DNA of 64,000 bases from an uncultured Chthonomonadaceae bacterium (GCA_963817895.1 CAWFQB010000004.1:96001-160000), one strand, 5' to 3'; shown: positions 12,350 through 22,831, numbered from the stretch's first letter. Program-made: numbers and translations. Notes: generated from the letters alone by a model not told the origin.

Positions 12350-12811
12350 TTCTTTAGTCTCCAATCAGGAAGTGCCAGGGGCACGCCCGCCAGTACAGTA
12401 TAGATGTCCACCTAAATAGTCATTTCCTACATGCCCTCAACGTCACGACGATGAGTTGGCGGGCGGGTTGCCTGCAGGGGCAGAGTGCCTTTGGAGTATG
12501 TCTCGTTGGAGGACACACTTTGAACATGCCAAAGGCACTTTGCTGGTGGTTACTTTTCACGGCAACGAGGCAGAAGAAAATTTGCTTCTGCCTCGTCGCC
12601 GCGCTTACGGAAAATTGTGCGTGAGGTTTCCATATCAACTTGCCACGTAAGTCACCAACCCAATCCACCGCAACTGCCGTACCTTCCGCCTACGCTCACG
12701 TTCGACCTTATCGGCGAGGCAATAGCGCGTCGGATTCATCACACCTGTTTCATCTCTCAGTCCATCCAGCAGGCAATTGATACGCTTCATTTTGTTTTCC
12801 TTTCTCTGGTA

Positions 12812-13603
12812 TTAGCCCAGAAGATAGTCCTGATAGTTGACAGTGTGCGAGTCTAGGGCGGCTCCGGCCTGCACTAAAACATGCGCCGTGTCTGATGTGC
12901 CATACCGCAGCGCATAGTAGAGCGCGTTCTTGCCATTCTTGTCGCAGGCGTGGACATCGGCATGGCGCGCGAGCAGACAAGACACGAGTTCGGAGTTGCC
13001 TCGCGACGCGGCATACATCAGCGCAGTGCAGCCTCTCTCATCGCGCGCTTCGATGTCGCTTCCTCCATCGAGTAATGCTTGCACGACCGCCTCCTTGTTG
13101 CACCATGCCGCGTACTGCAAGGCCGTAAGTCCAAGTTCATTTCGCGCCTCCAGATCGCGGGCCGCCGCCACAACCAGGCGATTGATGCGAGGCGAGAACC
13201 CCATTAGCGAGTGCAATTCAGTGTTTCCGTCCGCCTGTTTTGCGCTTGGATCAATTCCCAATTGGCATAGGGCTTCCACCACCTCCACCCTGTCGCATAT
13301 TTCTGCCAGTCGGAGAACCGTCATCGACTTATGCACAGGATGGTAAATGTCCACGCCCTGTTCGATCAAACAGCGCACTTGATCCACGTTGCCAGTCAGT
13401 ACCGCGTTGCCCATCCTTGTGTAGCCCCCGTCTCCAATAGCGTTCAAGTTACCGTTGTCGGGAGTCCAGCCTCGTTGGGTTGCTTGGCTCTGCGGAGGTA
13501 AGCCGCTCTCGCCAGCGCTGTGTTGCCGCTCCTCTGCAATTGGATGTTGCTGTCGAGGCGCGTGTGTTGTTTCTGTTTCGTAGCCATTTTGTATCTCCTT
13601 CAT
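12812..13603 (-). CDS. Ankyrin-repeat protein
   Basis: GNTELH, GLTALQYAA, GCTALMYAA and GKNALYYA repeats. Confidence 0.9.
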   Translation of the reverse strand: MKEIQNGYETETTHAPRQQHPIAEERQHSAGESGLPPQSQATQRGWTPDNGNLNAIGDGGYTRMGNAVLTGNVDQVRCLIEQGVDIYHPVHKSMTVLRLAEICDRVEVVEALCQLGIDPSAKQADGNTELHSLMGFSPRINRLVVAAARDLEARNELGLTALQYAAWCNKEAVVQALLDGGSDIEARDERGCTALMYAASRGNSELVSCLLARHADVHACDKNGKNALYYALRYGTSDTAHVLVQAGAALDSHTVNYQDYLLG

Positions 13604-13740
13604 TGTGTGGGCTCGCCTTGTAGTGCGATAGTGGCGATAAGAGCGTAGTACAACCGAGTTGAGAATTGGCAGCATCCTTGCTTGAATGAAACGTGTAGAG
13701 CCGCCGCAGGGCTAACCGCACATCAGCCCTTGCAGCGGGC

Positions 13741-14265
13741 GTGGGAGGGCGGGCAATCCCGCACAGAAACACCCGCAATTATTTCCCACAAACTACATAG
13801 GCAACCCCAAAATCGATATTTCTGAATCCGTGCCATTTTTAGCCCCTTTCAGGTGTCCGCTGAAAAAAGTTTTTCAGCGGACACCTGAACCATGACAAAC
13901 CCCGGCGAAAAATCTTCGTCGGGGTTTGTCATACGCCAGTTTATATGGGTGTGCAGAGGATAGAACCTATAGTGTTAGCAGTCGAGTTTCTGACGCTCAA
14001 TTCTCATCACACAGCATGATCGTGGTGGTGCTCCTATCGGCCTCGGTGATGATGTATACCTGCTTCTCGCCAACATGATGCACCGACAGGAGCCGCCCTT
14101 CTTCCATCAGCGCCCGCTCGTTCCGCTGCCAATCTTCCTGGCTCACGTCTCCCCATTCTCCTCGATGATGCCTTTCGAGCAGGGATTGGGGCGTCAATTC
14201 CGGTTTCGTCAAGCATCGCCACGACTGCACCTGTCGCCTCGGTATGCCCCAGTACAAACATGCCC
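13741..14265. repeat. Copy 1 of a ~520-bp diverged direct duplication (small-domain coding sequence, two long hairpins, promoter-like region)
   Basis: Collinear similarity with 15155-15680. The hairpin ATGACAAACCCCGGCGAAAAATCTTCGTCGGGGTTTGTCAT is identical in both copies. Confidence 0.9.
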
Positions 14266-15113
14266 GCCAATGCTTCCTGCTGTCGTCTTTCCAGTGCCTC
14301 CCAGTCTTCACGCCACACCTTGTCATCCCAGTCATAGGTAATCACCTTTTCCGCCCATTCTGCCAAATCCTGGGTCGAACAACCGCGATGACGGAAAACC
14401 TCAAAATCGGGATTAACCGCATCGTAGACACATTGAGGCTGGTAGGGAGCGTAAACGCAACAAATACCCTCTCCTGAGATTGATCTGTGGACTTCCAGAA
14501 CGATGCGATACTCGTGATGGTCACGCCGTACAATCATGCCTGCTTTAATGTCGGCGGACGTGAGGGGTTGAGCAGGTGTGATGCCTAGTTCCATGATTTC
14601 GTCATCATCCAGATAGAAGATGTGTGACATTTCTGCTGTGCGCTGGGTAGGTGACATGCGCCTGATGCGTTCGCGCCTCGCGCCAGAGTGCAGGCGCAGT
14701 AGGCTGAGTTCGTATGCCGTGAATTGGTAACTGGCGCGTCTGGTACGTTTAGCCGTTGGAAACCGCGCCAACTTGGGAAGATCAGGGAGATACCCTGTCT
14801 TGGAGCCAGCAAGAACGTGTTCGTCTTCCAAGCCCAGCAATTCCCAACCAACGCGATGTATGTCATTTTGCTCAGGACTGGTTTCTATCCACAGGCGCAT
14901 CCGAAGGACACCATACTCTGTGCGCGCTTGGTCAGCGTAGGCCACGTCGAGTTGGCACGGCGCTTCTCCCTTTGCGAGCAAATCTGCGTCGGGCGTGTAG
15001 GCATAACCTTCAATGACGCCCTTCTTATCTGCCCCCAACGTAAAATCAAGCAACGCACTCGTGTGCTTGCTCAACTGGCAAAGGCGCGCGAGTTGTTCCG
15101 GCATTCCGTTCAT
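13997..15113 (-). CDS. Hypothetical protein ending in a 'plasmid-related' small domain (frameshift in C-run near 14190)
   Basis: Removing one C gives GIDAQSLLERHHRGEWGDVSQEDWQRNERAL...YIITEADRSTTTIML, a paralog of 15411-15680. Confidence 0.7.
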
Positions 15114-15154
15114 TGGTTTATCTCCTTTATGCGGTAAAGAAATGGGTTGGTAGT

Positions 15155-15680
15155 GTGGGCGGGCAGGCGATCCCGCACAGAAGCGCCCGCCGCATTATTT
15201 CCCACAATATATCTAGTCAAGGCGACATTTGATATTTCTGAATCCGAGCCGCTTTTGGCCCCATTCTGGGTTCCTCCGAAAAAACTTTTTCAGCGGACAC
15301 CGGAACCATGACAAACCCCGGCGAAAAATCTTCGTCGGGGTTTGTCATACGCCAGTTTAATGAACTCGCGGAAGATAGAACCTACAGGTTAGCAGTCGGG
15401 TTTCTGACGCTCAATACTCGTCTGCCAGCATGATTGTTGTCGCACTCCGGTCGGCTTCGGTGATAACGTACACCTTCTGCTCTCCCACCTTGTACACCGA
15501 AAACAGCCGATCCCCTTCCACTAGCGCCCTCTCATTTGCTTGCCAGTCGTCCTCGTCAACATTGCCCCAAAAGCCCATGTGATGCCTCTCAAACAGGGAT
15601 TGGGCTGTCACACCAGCCTCCTCAAGCATAGCCATAACCCCTGGAGTGCCCGATGTTCTCCCCATCTCGAACAAGCCCAT
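15155..15680. repeat. Copy 2 of the duplicated module
   Basis: See 13741-14265. Confidence 0.9.
15411..15680 (-). CDS. Small conserved MGE-associated hypothetical protein
   Basis: LFEMGRTSGTPG...RHHMGFWG..D...N..AL..G.RLFS.Y...VITEADRSATTIMLADEY resembles a family common on plasmids and ICEs. RBS AAGGAG. Confidence 0.8.
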   Translation of the reverse strand: MGLFEMGRTSGTPGVMAMLEEAGVTAQSLFERHHMGFWGNVDEDDWQANERALVEGDRLFSVYKVGEQKVYVITEADRSATTIMLADEY

Positions 15681-15847
15681 TTTCTCTCCTTTCAAAACAT
15701 CCGGGACACTTAACTGCTTGTTTGCGCTGGACTCTTGTTCTATCGAAAATACGGGCGCAAGCCAGTTCCCGTGAGTAACGCAGGAGCCGAAATATCTGTT
15801 CGGCTCCTGCGACCAAGATTAAACGGGCCAAATGCCAAGCCAATGAA

Positions 15848-17147
15848 TTAGGCTGATGCAGATACTTGGGTCATCTTATCCTGCGCGTAGTTAAATCGCA
15901 CGATAGAAAGATATTCTATGAGATTATAACCCTGCTGCCGTTCCAAATAATGCCAGTAATCCTTCCTCTCCTTGCGAATACAATCTGACAAGTAATCCCA
16001 TCCTCGTTGGGCGAGTTGGCGCAGTTCGTGGCGGCTGCTCCTGGCTGTGAGCAAGACACTGGCTTGTCTATTGAAGGATTTCACAGCCACCTCAATCGGC
16101 GTGATGCCAACATGGTTGGAAACATCAGGATCGGCACCGGCGTCCAGCAGCATAGTCAAAACGTCTACACTCCCGTTCATGGCGGCGCGATGCAGGGCTG
16201 TATTGCCATTCTCATCGCTGACATGAACATTCGCCCTTCTTTCGAGGAGCAGGCGCACGGGCGTGTTGTGACCGACACGCGCAGCAAACATGAGTGGAGT
16301 GTCGCAAGGAGTGCCTTGTGCCTCGATGTCGGCCCCCGCATCCAGCAAGAAGGCGACGTACTTTCCATCCGCCTGGAGAGTGGCAATATGTAGGGGCATA
16401 AAATAGGCGTGCGAATAGGAGTTCAATCGCGGCTCCGGCATCAAGCAACAAACGAGCCACGTCCAGACTACCATCTTTTTCGACGACCATGTGCAGTGGC
16501 GTCTCACCGTTCGCGTCTGTGGCATTCACATTTGCGCCGGATTCTAGCAGGACGCGCACAAGGTCTAAAGGCGTATCCTTTTGGATGTAATGTAAGGCAG
16601 TTATGTCATGTTCGCCCCGGATGTCAGGGTCAGCGCCACATTCCTGGCACAGCACACGCACGGTTTCGGTGTGCCCGCACTTGACAGCGAGATGGAGAGG
16701 GTATTGGTTGTTGCAGGAGGTACAGTTTACCTGATCAGGGTTGTTGGTAAAGATGGTGCGCACCAGAGCGGCGTCGTTCTGTTGTATGGCAAGACAGGCA
16801 AGGCATCCAAACTGTCTTGCAGGCAAAAAGGCGTTCGCTCCATGTGCGGCGATTAGACGCAGCAATTGCTGTCCATGCGCATTTTTGCTGGGTACATCCC
16901 ATGCTATGTTGATGGCAGTATATCCACTCGCATTGGGGATGTCGGCGCGCGCACCATGCTCAAGCAGCAAGGCGACCAGATCAGCCTCGCCCCACCATAC
17001 CGCGCGGTGCAAGAGTGTGCGCCCGCCTGCGTCTACCGCGTCTACAAGGGTGGGTGTTTCAGTGAGCATGGCCTGGATAACGTCCATTTGCCGGTAGTGA
17101 AACGCTTGGTGAATGTCTCGTACCTGTCGTGTGATTGAAGCCATCAT
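15848..17147 (-). CDS. Ankyrin-repeat protein (frameshift near 16420)
   Basis: GRTLLHRA, YPLHLAV, ITALHY, GETPLHM, TPLMFAA, GNTALHRAA, GITPIEVA. Confidence 0.88.
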
Positions 17148-17190
17148 TTTATCCTTTGTTGTCTAGCGATAGTAGCAATGCAGTTGTCAA

Positions 17191-18000
17191 TCAGTTTTCG
17201 TCGTCAAAGCCCAAATCTTCGATGTTTTGTGCTACTTGGATTGGACAGCGCCCAGTCAATTTGAGATTGCAATATAAACATGCCTCGCAAGCGGTGGCAA
17301 CGATTTCATCGTGGTCTTGCGCATCTTGAAATGCCGCCGCCAGCGCGCCCACTTCGAGGTTGATCCCTTTCAAATCTGCTCCTCGCCAGGTTGTTACTTG
17401 CACTTCATCGCTGGTGACGGAGTGGATTTCCAGCCGATAGCGTTTGTACCCTTCGTGTTTGTAGCGAAACTTCGCCACGGCTAAATCCATCCATGCCTGG
17501 TGAATGTGCAGCGGCTTGTCCCCACACGCCAGATCAACGACAACGAGAGTTTCACCATCCTCGTCCACCTCAACTCGGTCAAGGCGGGCAGAAACTTGGG
17601 CAACATGACGACCCTGGTAATGTAGTGGGAAGTCTGCGCTTTGCTCCACTGCCAACACTTGTCGTCCAGGCTCATGGAAATCTAAATAGGTAGTTACTAG
17701 GCTCGAAATCCAGCCACTCGCCATCTGTTTAGCAATCTCGTCAGGATAAGCCTCTGATGCAACTGCGCGCCGCAAAGCCACTTCGAGGCGGTCAGTATGT
17801 GGTGGGTTCAATCCATATTTGGGATCAAACAACTCGCGGAATACTGCGTGAGCGGCACGACCATTCAGCAAAAATGTGGACTGCGTGCGTTGTTTAGGCC
17901 AGCGTCTCAAAATGCGAAGTTCTCGATATTTGAATCCACATCCGAGATCACGGATACTGGTTGGGGATATTGGTATAGGGTCGGTCACAATGTCCTCCAT
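17191..18000 (-). CDS. PD-(D/E)XK nuclease-fold protein, Cas4/AddB-like with putative Fe-S cysteines
   Basis: ISPTSIRDLGC, GRAAH, AVEQ, RLDRV, VVVDL, C-terminal CEACLYC-x7-C. Confidence 0.75.
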   Translation of the reverse strand: MEDIVTDPIPISPTSIRDLGCGFKYRELRILRRWPKQRTQSTFLLNGRAAHAVFRELFDPKYGLNPPHTDRLEVALRRAVASEAYPDEIAKQMASGWISSLVTTYLDFHEPGRQVLAVEQSADFPLHYQGRHVAQVSARLDRVEVDEDGETLVVVDLACGDKPLHIHQAWMDLAVAKFRYKHEGYKRYRLEIHSVTSDEVQVTTWRGADLKGINLEVGALAAAFQDAQDHDEIVATACEACLYCNLKLTGRCPIQVAQNIEDLGFDDEN

Positions 18001-18037
18001 AGGTTAAAACGTTGCATGTAGTTACTGTGTCGCTACA

Positions 18038-18066
18038 ATTATAGCGCATCTGTCGCTACGTGTCAA
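18038..18066 (-). promoter_or_regulatory. Consensus sigma70-type promoter driving the leftward nuclease/ankyrin genes
   Basis: TTGACA-N17-TATAAT on the minus strand, overlapped by GTCGCTAC repeats. Confidence 0.8.
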
Positions 18067-18130
18067 GGGGTTTGACAAAATAGCGGTTTCGTCGCTACGT
18101 TGAAGGGTATAATGTTGATGGAGGAGATTT

Positions 18131-18322
18131 ATGACAGACCAAAAGAAACCTAGTAGAGAAACGCTACCTACGAGCGTTAGGCTGTCACCTACTGCAATGC
18201 GGCTATGGCAACAATTAGCCAAAGAGATGCACCTTAGTAAAACGGGCGTATTGGAAAGTGCGATTCGAGAACTCGCTCGGCGCGAAGGGGTTAAAGACAC
18301 AGAGGTGGATACAGGGTTGTAA
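18131..18322 (+). CDS. Ribbon-helix-helix (CopG-like) regulator
   Basis: TSVRLS strand followed by two helices (SKTGVLESAIRE). RBS GGAGGAG; TATAAT at 18108. Confidence 0.8.
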   Translation: MTDQKKPSRETLPTSVRLSPTAMRLWQQLAKEMHLSKTGVLESAIRELARREGVKDTEVDTGL

Positions 18323-18567
18323 CATGGCACCGCTGACATAACGTATTGATATAGTTATATTTGCACCTTCAAGATGGTGTAGGTGCGACTTCGTAGGAAA
18401 GGGCGCGTAACTTCCATAACAGCGGTGCAGCGCCATTGATTAAGTCAACCGGAGCCACTGAATAGCAACACGCGCCTTGCACAGTCCCAGTATAGAATTT
18501 CCCAATCTATGCGAGGGGTAGTGTGGCCCAAGTATTACGCCAGCGAGCGGGCATTTCAATATCAAAA

Positions 18568-18891
18568 TTAGTGTACTGCATCAAGTTTTTGTTGGCTAAA
18601 ACGATACGCTGGCGAAGTTGCGAGGAAGTGTTGGAGGGCGGCTGAACGCTGAGTTCTACCGATTGTGCTTGCAGGAAGGAAGATGGTGAGGTGTTCGCGA
18701 TGAGGAAGCGGGCCAGGGAGTTGTGGATCGTACAAGCGTTTGAAAACTTCGTGGCAGGCAGTCCAGAAGGACAGTATGCTGCTGCATTGAGATTTAACAG
18801 CATGATACTGGCGCTTGACGGCGAGGCGGTCGAAGCGCTTGGTGCATTGGGATAGCCAGAGGGCGTTGCTGGGCGTCAGAGTCAAGGTCAT
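18568..18891 (-). CDS. Hypothetical protein
   Basis: RBS AAGGAG; upstream minus-strand TTGACA-N17-CATAAT (18957-18985). Confidence 0.55.
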   Translation of the reverse strand: MTLTLTPSNALWLSQCTKRFDRLAVKRQYHAVKSQCSSILSFWTACHEVFKRLYDPQLPGPLPHREHLTIFLPASTIGRTQRSAALQHFLATSPAYRFSQQKLDAVH

Positions 18892-19063
18892 AACCTTCTC
18901 CTTTGGTTGCCCTGCAAACGCGGTGTGCGGCACGCGATGCAGGTGGTGTATAGTTATTATGGCACAGCCCAAATTTGGCTGTCAAGAAGGAGATTATGGT
19001 ATCATCAGGTATCACAGAAACACAGTCGTCATATTCCCGAAATTCCCCATACTCGGAGGCAAA

Positions 19064-19255
19064 ATGGCAGCAGAAGAACGATACGCAATGACGATGCGAC
19101 TTCCAATATCCCTGGCAAACGAAATCAAAAAAATCGCAGCGGAAGACAGACGCAAAATAACAGCAACAATAGAAATGGCGTTGGAAGACTTTGTACGCCA
19201 GCGCACAGAGGCAAATGAACGCACAACGAAGCAAAAGGAACCAGAGGAGGCTTGA
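19064..19255 (+). CDS. Ribbon-helix-helix (Arc-like) regulator
   Basis: MTMRLPISLANEIKKIAAEDRRKITATIEMALEDFV; RBS GGAGG. Confidence 0.8.
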   Translation: MAAEERYAMTMRLPISLANEIKKIAAEDRRKITATIEMALEDFVRQRTEANERTTKQKEPEEA

Positions 19256-19305
19256 CATTGTTGGTTTGTTTTGGTATCATGTGGTATCAAATTGAACAAA
19301 CGTTC
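19252..19305 (+). promoter_or_regulatory. Promoter TTGACA-N17-TATCAT with GGTATCA direct-repeat operator and candidate LexA box
   Basis: -35 at 19252, -10 at 19275; GGTATCA at 19273 and 19283; GAAC-AAAC-GTTC at 19294-19305. Confidence 0.6.
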
Positions 19306-19330
19306 TTTCGAGCGTTTTGAAGGTACTACC

Positions 19331-19870
19331 ATGACCACACAAACTGATGAAAAAGAGTATTCAATCAACCACGACGCAGACGCTCTCACCATCACCATCA
19401 CTGCGACAAACGCAAGGGTGTATTCGATACTGCTGGATGAGGTGCAGAGATCAGCAAGTCGCCTTGATGACACAGCCAGAAACGAGATGGAAGATCGCAA
19501 AAGGCAACAAACATTATCAACAAAAAACGCGATTTCCGATTCGATTTACGATTTCTTTGAGCGTGACGACATTATGCTCAAAGTGTGGCTCAAAAACGGC
19601 GACAAACGTATCTATCTGAACAACAACAACGAACAGTTTCAGGTGACGTATTATCATACAGGTAATCGCTGGCATTGCCCATCTGAAGTCGCGTTTGCCA
19701 ACGCGCCTGCGTACGCAGTCAACAACAAAGAGGCATTGGTCAAATTGTTTGAAACAATTTGCAAACAGTACAACGCATTTAACTTGCTGTGTGACTATGC
19801 GACTGATGAAACCCGCGCAAATGTTAAAGCGCGTATAGCAGAGCGCCAGGCGAAGCCAAAATCTGTTTGA
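19331..19870 (+). CDS. Hypothetical protein
   Basis: 179-aa ORF with upstream promoter and downstream terminator. Confidence 0.7.
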   Translation: MTTQTDEKEYSINHDADALTITITATNARVYSILLDEVQRSASRLDDTARNEMEDRKRQQTLSTKNAISDSIYDFFERDDIMLKVWLKNGDKRIYLNNNNEQFQVTYYHTGNRWHCPSEVAFANAPAYAVNNKEALVKLFETICKQYNAFNLLCDYATDETRANVKARIAERQAKPKSV

Positions 19871-19879
19871 TGGCTGCTT

Positions 19880-19929
19880 AAAAGGGCAAGTCGCAGACTA
19901 GCACTTTCTGCGACTTGCCCTTTTATTTT
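19880..19929. terminator. Probable bidirectional intrinsic terminator
   Basis: AAAAGGGCAAGTCGCAGA...TCTGCGACTTGCCCTTTT between convergent genes. Confidence 0.8.
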
Positions 19930-19996
19930 CCCTCGCCTATAAACCCAAATGGAGTGTAGATATGCCTGCTAACATTATCAGAGAGTGATTGAGTGG

Positions 19997-20398
19997 CTAA
20001 CAAGTGTTTTTGAGCACGGTGAGCAGTGACTTATCGCGCTCAAATTCGTCTTTCGTGCTATACGTCGCAGACACTTTCTGCTGCTTGCCATGCACGTTCA
20101 GTGTCCGCTGAATTCGACCAAACGCCGTAACGACTAATTTTTCGTGTCGCGCGATTTCGGCATCAGTTGTGTAATATGCGTATGCAAAGATAAAATCTTT
20201 GAAGTTGATGCGTTGCGTATCTTGGCTCTCGTCGCGTGTCCATGCCGTCAACTTTGAATCGTCGAAAGGCGTAGTTCGCGCCAGCATGTCGTTTTTGTAC
20301 TCTGTCATCCAAGTGTAAAAGCGAACTGGCTCAAACTCCTCAATTTCGAGGCGACTCACGCCAGTCGCATTTGCAATTATGCTATCCGTCTCCATCAT
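19997..20398 (-). CDS. Hypothetical protein
   Basis: ATGA-coupled to the upstream ORF; RBS-like GGGAGA. Confidence 0.6.
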   Translation of the reverse strand: MMETDSIIANATGVSRLEIEEFEPVRFYTWMTEYKNDMLARTTPFDDSKLTAWTRDESQDTQRINFKDFIFAYAYYTTDAEIARHEKLVVTAFGRIQRTLNVHGKQQKVSATYSTKDEFERDKSLLTVLKNTC

Positions 20399-21153
20399 TT
20401 TCTCCCTTTTCCTTGCGCCCGTCGTTGTTCGGCTGCCGCGCGGCGCGCGGCAAGCCATTCCTGAATATGCTGGTGAGATACGTGCCCGGTTGTCAAGGCT
20501 GGTATGTGCTTGTTCACTCCCGACTCCGACAGGCCCATCAGCCGGGCGGCCTCGGCTTTGGGTACAGCGCGATCCGGGGTTTGGACGCTTGCGGCCTGCG
20601 CTTCGAGGGCAGTGGCGATGCGTTCCACCAGGGGCATTAGGGCCCTGGTGGTGTTTTCGCCAGATTGCCGAATTGCCGCGCCCACGACCTCCGCTATCAG
20701 TGAAAGTGCGGACGTTGAACTTTCGACCCCCAAGTCGAAAGGTGAACTTCCGGTCGTTTTGGTAAGGGCGGCGGACTTGGGCGCAATATCGAGTGTCCGC
20801 AGGTATTCGTCGGCATTGGCAGCGCTCACCAGGGGGTTGGTGACGAGGTAGTGCATTTTGTCAACGGCGCTCTCCGGGTAACGAAAGCCTTTGCCACCAG
20901 CCCGTTGCGCGTAAAGAAGTTCGCGTACGGACTCATGGGCGACGAGGCGCTTGATTTTGGCGAGAACGGCGGCGTGCTTGTTTTCGTCCGTCTCGATGCG
21001 CCGGGCGATCTCTACCAGCGTCAGCAGTCCATCCGGGGCATCGTCGTTGTTGAGCGAAAGTGCGAGAGTTGAACTTTCGTCCTGGTGGTTGAAAAATGAA
21101 CTTTCGGTTTTTCCGTTTTGCCCATTTTGTGCGGGCATTGTCGTAGATGTCAT
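20395..21153 (-). CDS. Putative DNA-binding protein with HTH-like segments
   Basis: LLTLVEIARRI and KAEAARLMGLSESGVNKHI resemble HTH motifs. Confidence 0.55.
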   Translation of the reverse strand: MTSTTMPAQNGQNGKTESSFFNHQDESSTLALSLNNDDAPDGLLTLVEIARRIETDENKHAAVLAKIKRLVAHESVRELLYAQRAGGKGFRYPESAVDKMHYLVTNPLVSAANADEYLRTLDIAPKSAALTKTTGSSPFDLGVESSTSALSLIAEVVGAAIRQSGENTTRALMPLVERIATALEAQAASVQTPDRAVPKAEAARLMGLSESGVNKHIPALTTGHVSHQHIQEWLAARRAAAEQRRAQGKGRK

Positions 21154-21177
21154 CGTGTTAATCTCTCTTCTAGGCCA

Positions 21178-22553
21178 TTACGCGGCCTTATCCATCGTGC
21201 TTTTGTTGTCTCGCATCAACGCATCCAGGCAACGCAAGTGCAACTCCTGTTGTCCCATCAGTGAAGCAAGCCACTTTTTGCCTGAGTTTACCTGCTTGCC
21301 GTACCGCTGCAAGATTACTGCGCTTTCGCGGCCCTTGATCTCCTCTTGCTTTGCCAGCGTCAACGACTCCCAACGCCTATCTGCCTCCTCACGCTCACGT
21401 CGCACTGTTTCTGCCGCCTGGAAACGGTGTTGTGCCTTTCGTTTTTGTTTTGCTCCCTGTTCGATTTGCTCTGCTCCTTTTTCACGGGCGGCAATGTAGG
21501 CGAGCGGCAAATCGCGATGTGTGTCAAGGGCGGCTATGAGATAGCCAGCGGCATTCTCGAAATTGCAAAACGGCAGGGCGTCAATCCAGCCGAGGCAGCG
21601 TTCCTCTCCATGCTCCTTCACCAAGCGCGTTGCAGTGGACATAGGCTTTATGCCCTGCTCCATGAGTGACGCCACAGCCGCGCGGCCTGCCTGGAGCCTC
21701 ACCAGTTCTCCTGGCGTGTCCCCAGGCGCGATAATCTCCCCTACTGCCGTCATGTCCGACGCAGGGCGTGTGGAGGGACAGGCTCTCCCTTCGGTTGGAC
21801 GCCCAGTAGGGCGCTCAACCGTCTTGGTGGAACAGGTATTCCGAATCTCATTTTCAGAAACAACAACAACAAGCGCTTCCGCTTGCGACTGCGCTTTTGG
21901 TGGCGCGGGTGTCTTTGTTGTTGTCTTTGCTGTATTCTTTGTCGTAGTCTCTGCTGTAATCTCTGTTACAAGTTGTCCCGATTCGGTGACAACCAACTCA
22001 CCGTTTGGCATAATGTTCTCACCAAACGGTGAGAACCATTTTGCGCAGGCGGTGAGAACGTTGTCACCGTTTGGTGAGAACCACTTCCTCTCTCATCCGA
22101 TTCCGGTGATATGGTTCTCACGGTTTGGTGAGAACGCTTTTTGGAGTCGGACTGGTAGGGGTTTGTGGGCGGATTGGTGACGATCTCATCAAGCAGAGGC
22201 AACAGCACATCCCACACAATCCTAATGTGCGTGGTGGGGCTGCCATCAAACTTCCAGGTGCGAGTTTCGATAATGCCCTTGCTTTCCAGGAGGGGCAGCA
22301 GGCGGTCGGACTGGCGTGGAGAGATACGACACTCCTCCCACCAATCCTCACGCGCCTTCGCCAGCCACATGCACCCTTCGCGCTCGATCCTTAGTTTGCT
22401 GTGACCATGCTCATCCGGCAAGTACCAGTAAACAATCTGCGACAACAGTACGCCTGCGCTCAGATCACCCGCCACGTCAATATACATGCGCTTGACATCA
22501 ATGGCGTTGTGGGAGGCCCGCTCCCAGGCTAGGAATTCCCGGAGCGTTTTCAT
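21178..22553 (-). CDS. Phage/plasmid-type replication initiator (frameshift in the iteron region)
   Basis: N-terminal winged-helix AGVLLSQIVYW...W.AK..EDWWEE.RIS.RQ...L...GIIE, then an iteron region, a Thr-rich linker and C-terminal NAAGYLIAAL. Confidence 0.75.
21996..22135. repeat. Palindromic iterons (probable replication origin) within rep
   Basis: GTTCTCACC-N4-GGTGAGAAC-like 22-mers at 22015, 22060 and 22114, plus half-sites. Confidence 0.75.
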
Positions 22554-22831
22554 TTCACCGCCTCGCTTTCTAACCCGGCAAGCAACGCGATTGCAGTTGT
22601 CGTTTCGACAGCGGGCATGGTGGAAACGGCGAGGCGCAAATAGTGGATCATCGTGCGCGGAGACAGAAAGAGGGCGTGGGCAATCTCCTTGATGAAATGC
22701 CCCTGATCGGCAAAATGAAGAATTGTTGCCGCGCGCTTGCGCACGGAGTAAGGTTCAGGTAAAATAAAACACACGGCGAAAACCTCCTCGAAAGGTTTGT
22801 AGTCCAGGGCGTGATAGGTGCCGCACAACAC
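22550..22831 (-). CDS. Small LuxR-type HTH protein
   Basis: G..IKEIAHALFLSPRTMIHYL; ATGA-coupled to rep. Confidence 0.7.
   Translation of the reverse strand: MLCGTYHALDYKPFEEVFAVCFILPEPYSVRKRAATILHFADQGHFIKEIAHALFLSPRTMIHYLRLAVSTMPAVETTTAIALLAGLESEAVK

Noticed and set aside
17191..18000. cas4 of a CRISPR-Cas locus
   Set aside because: No cas1/cas2 or array is present; the context is a mobile element.
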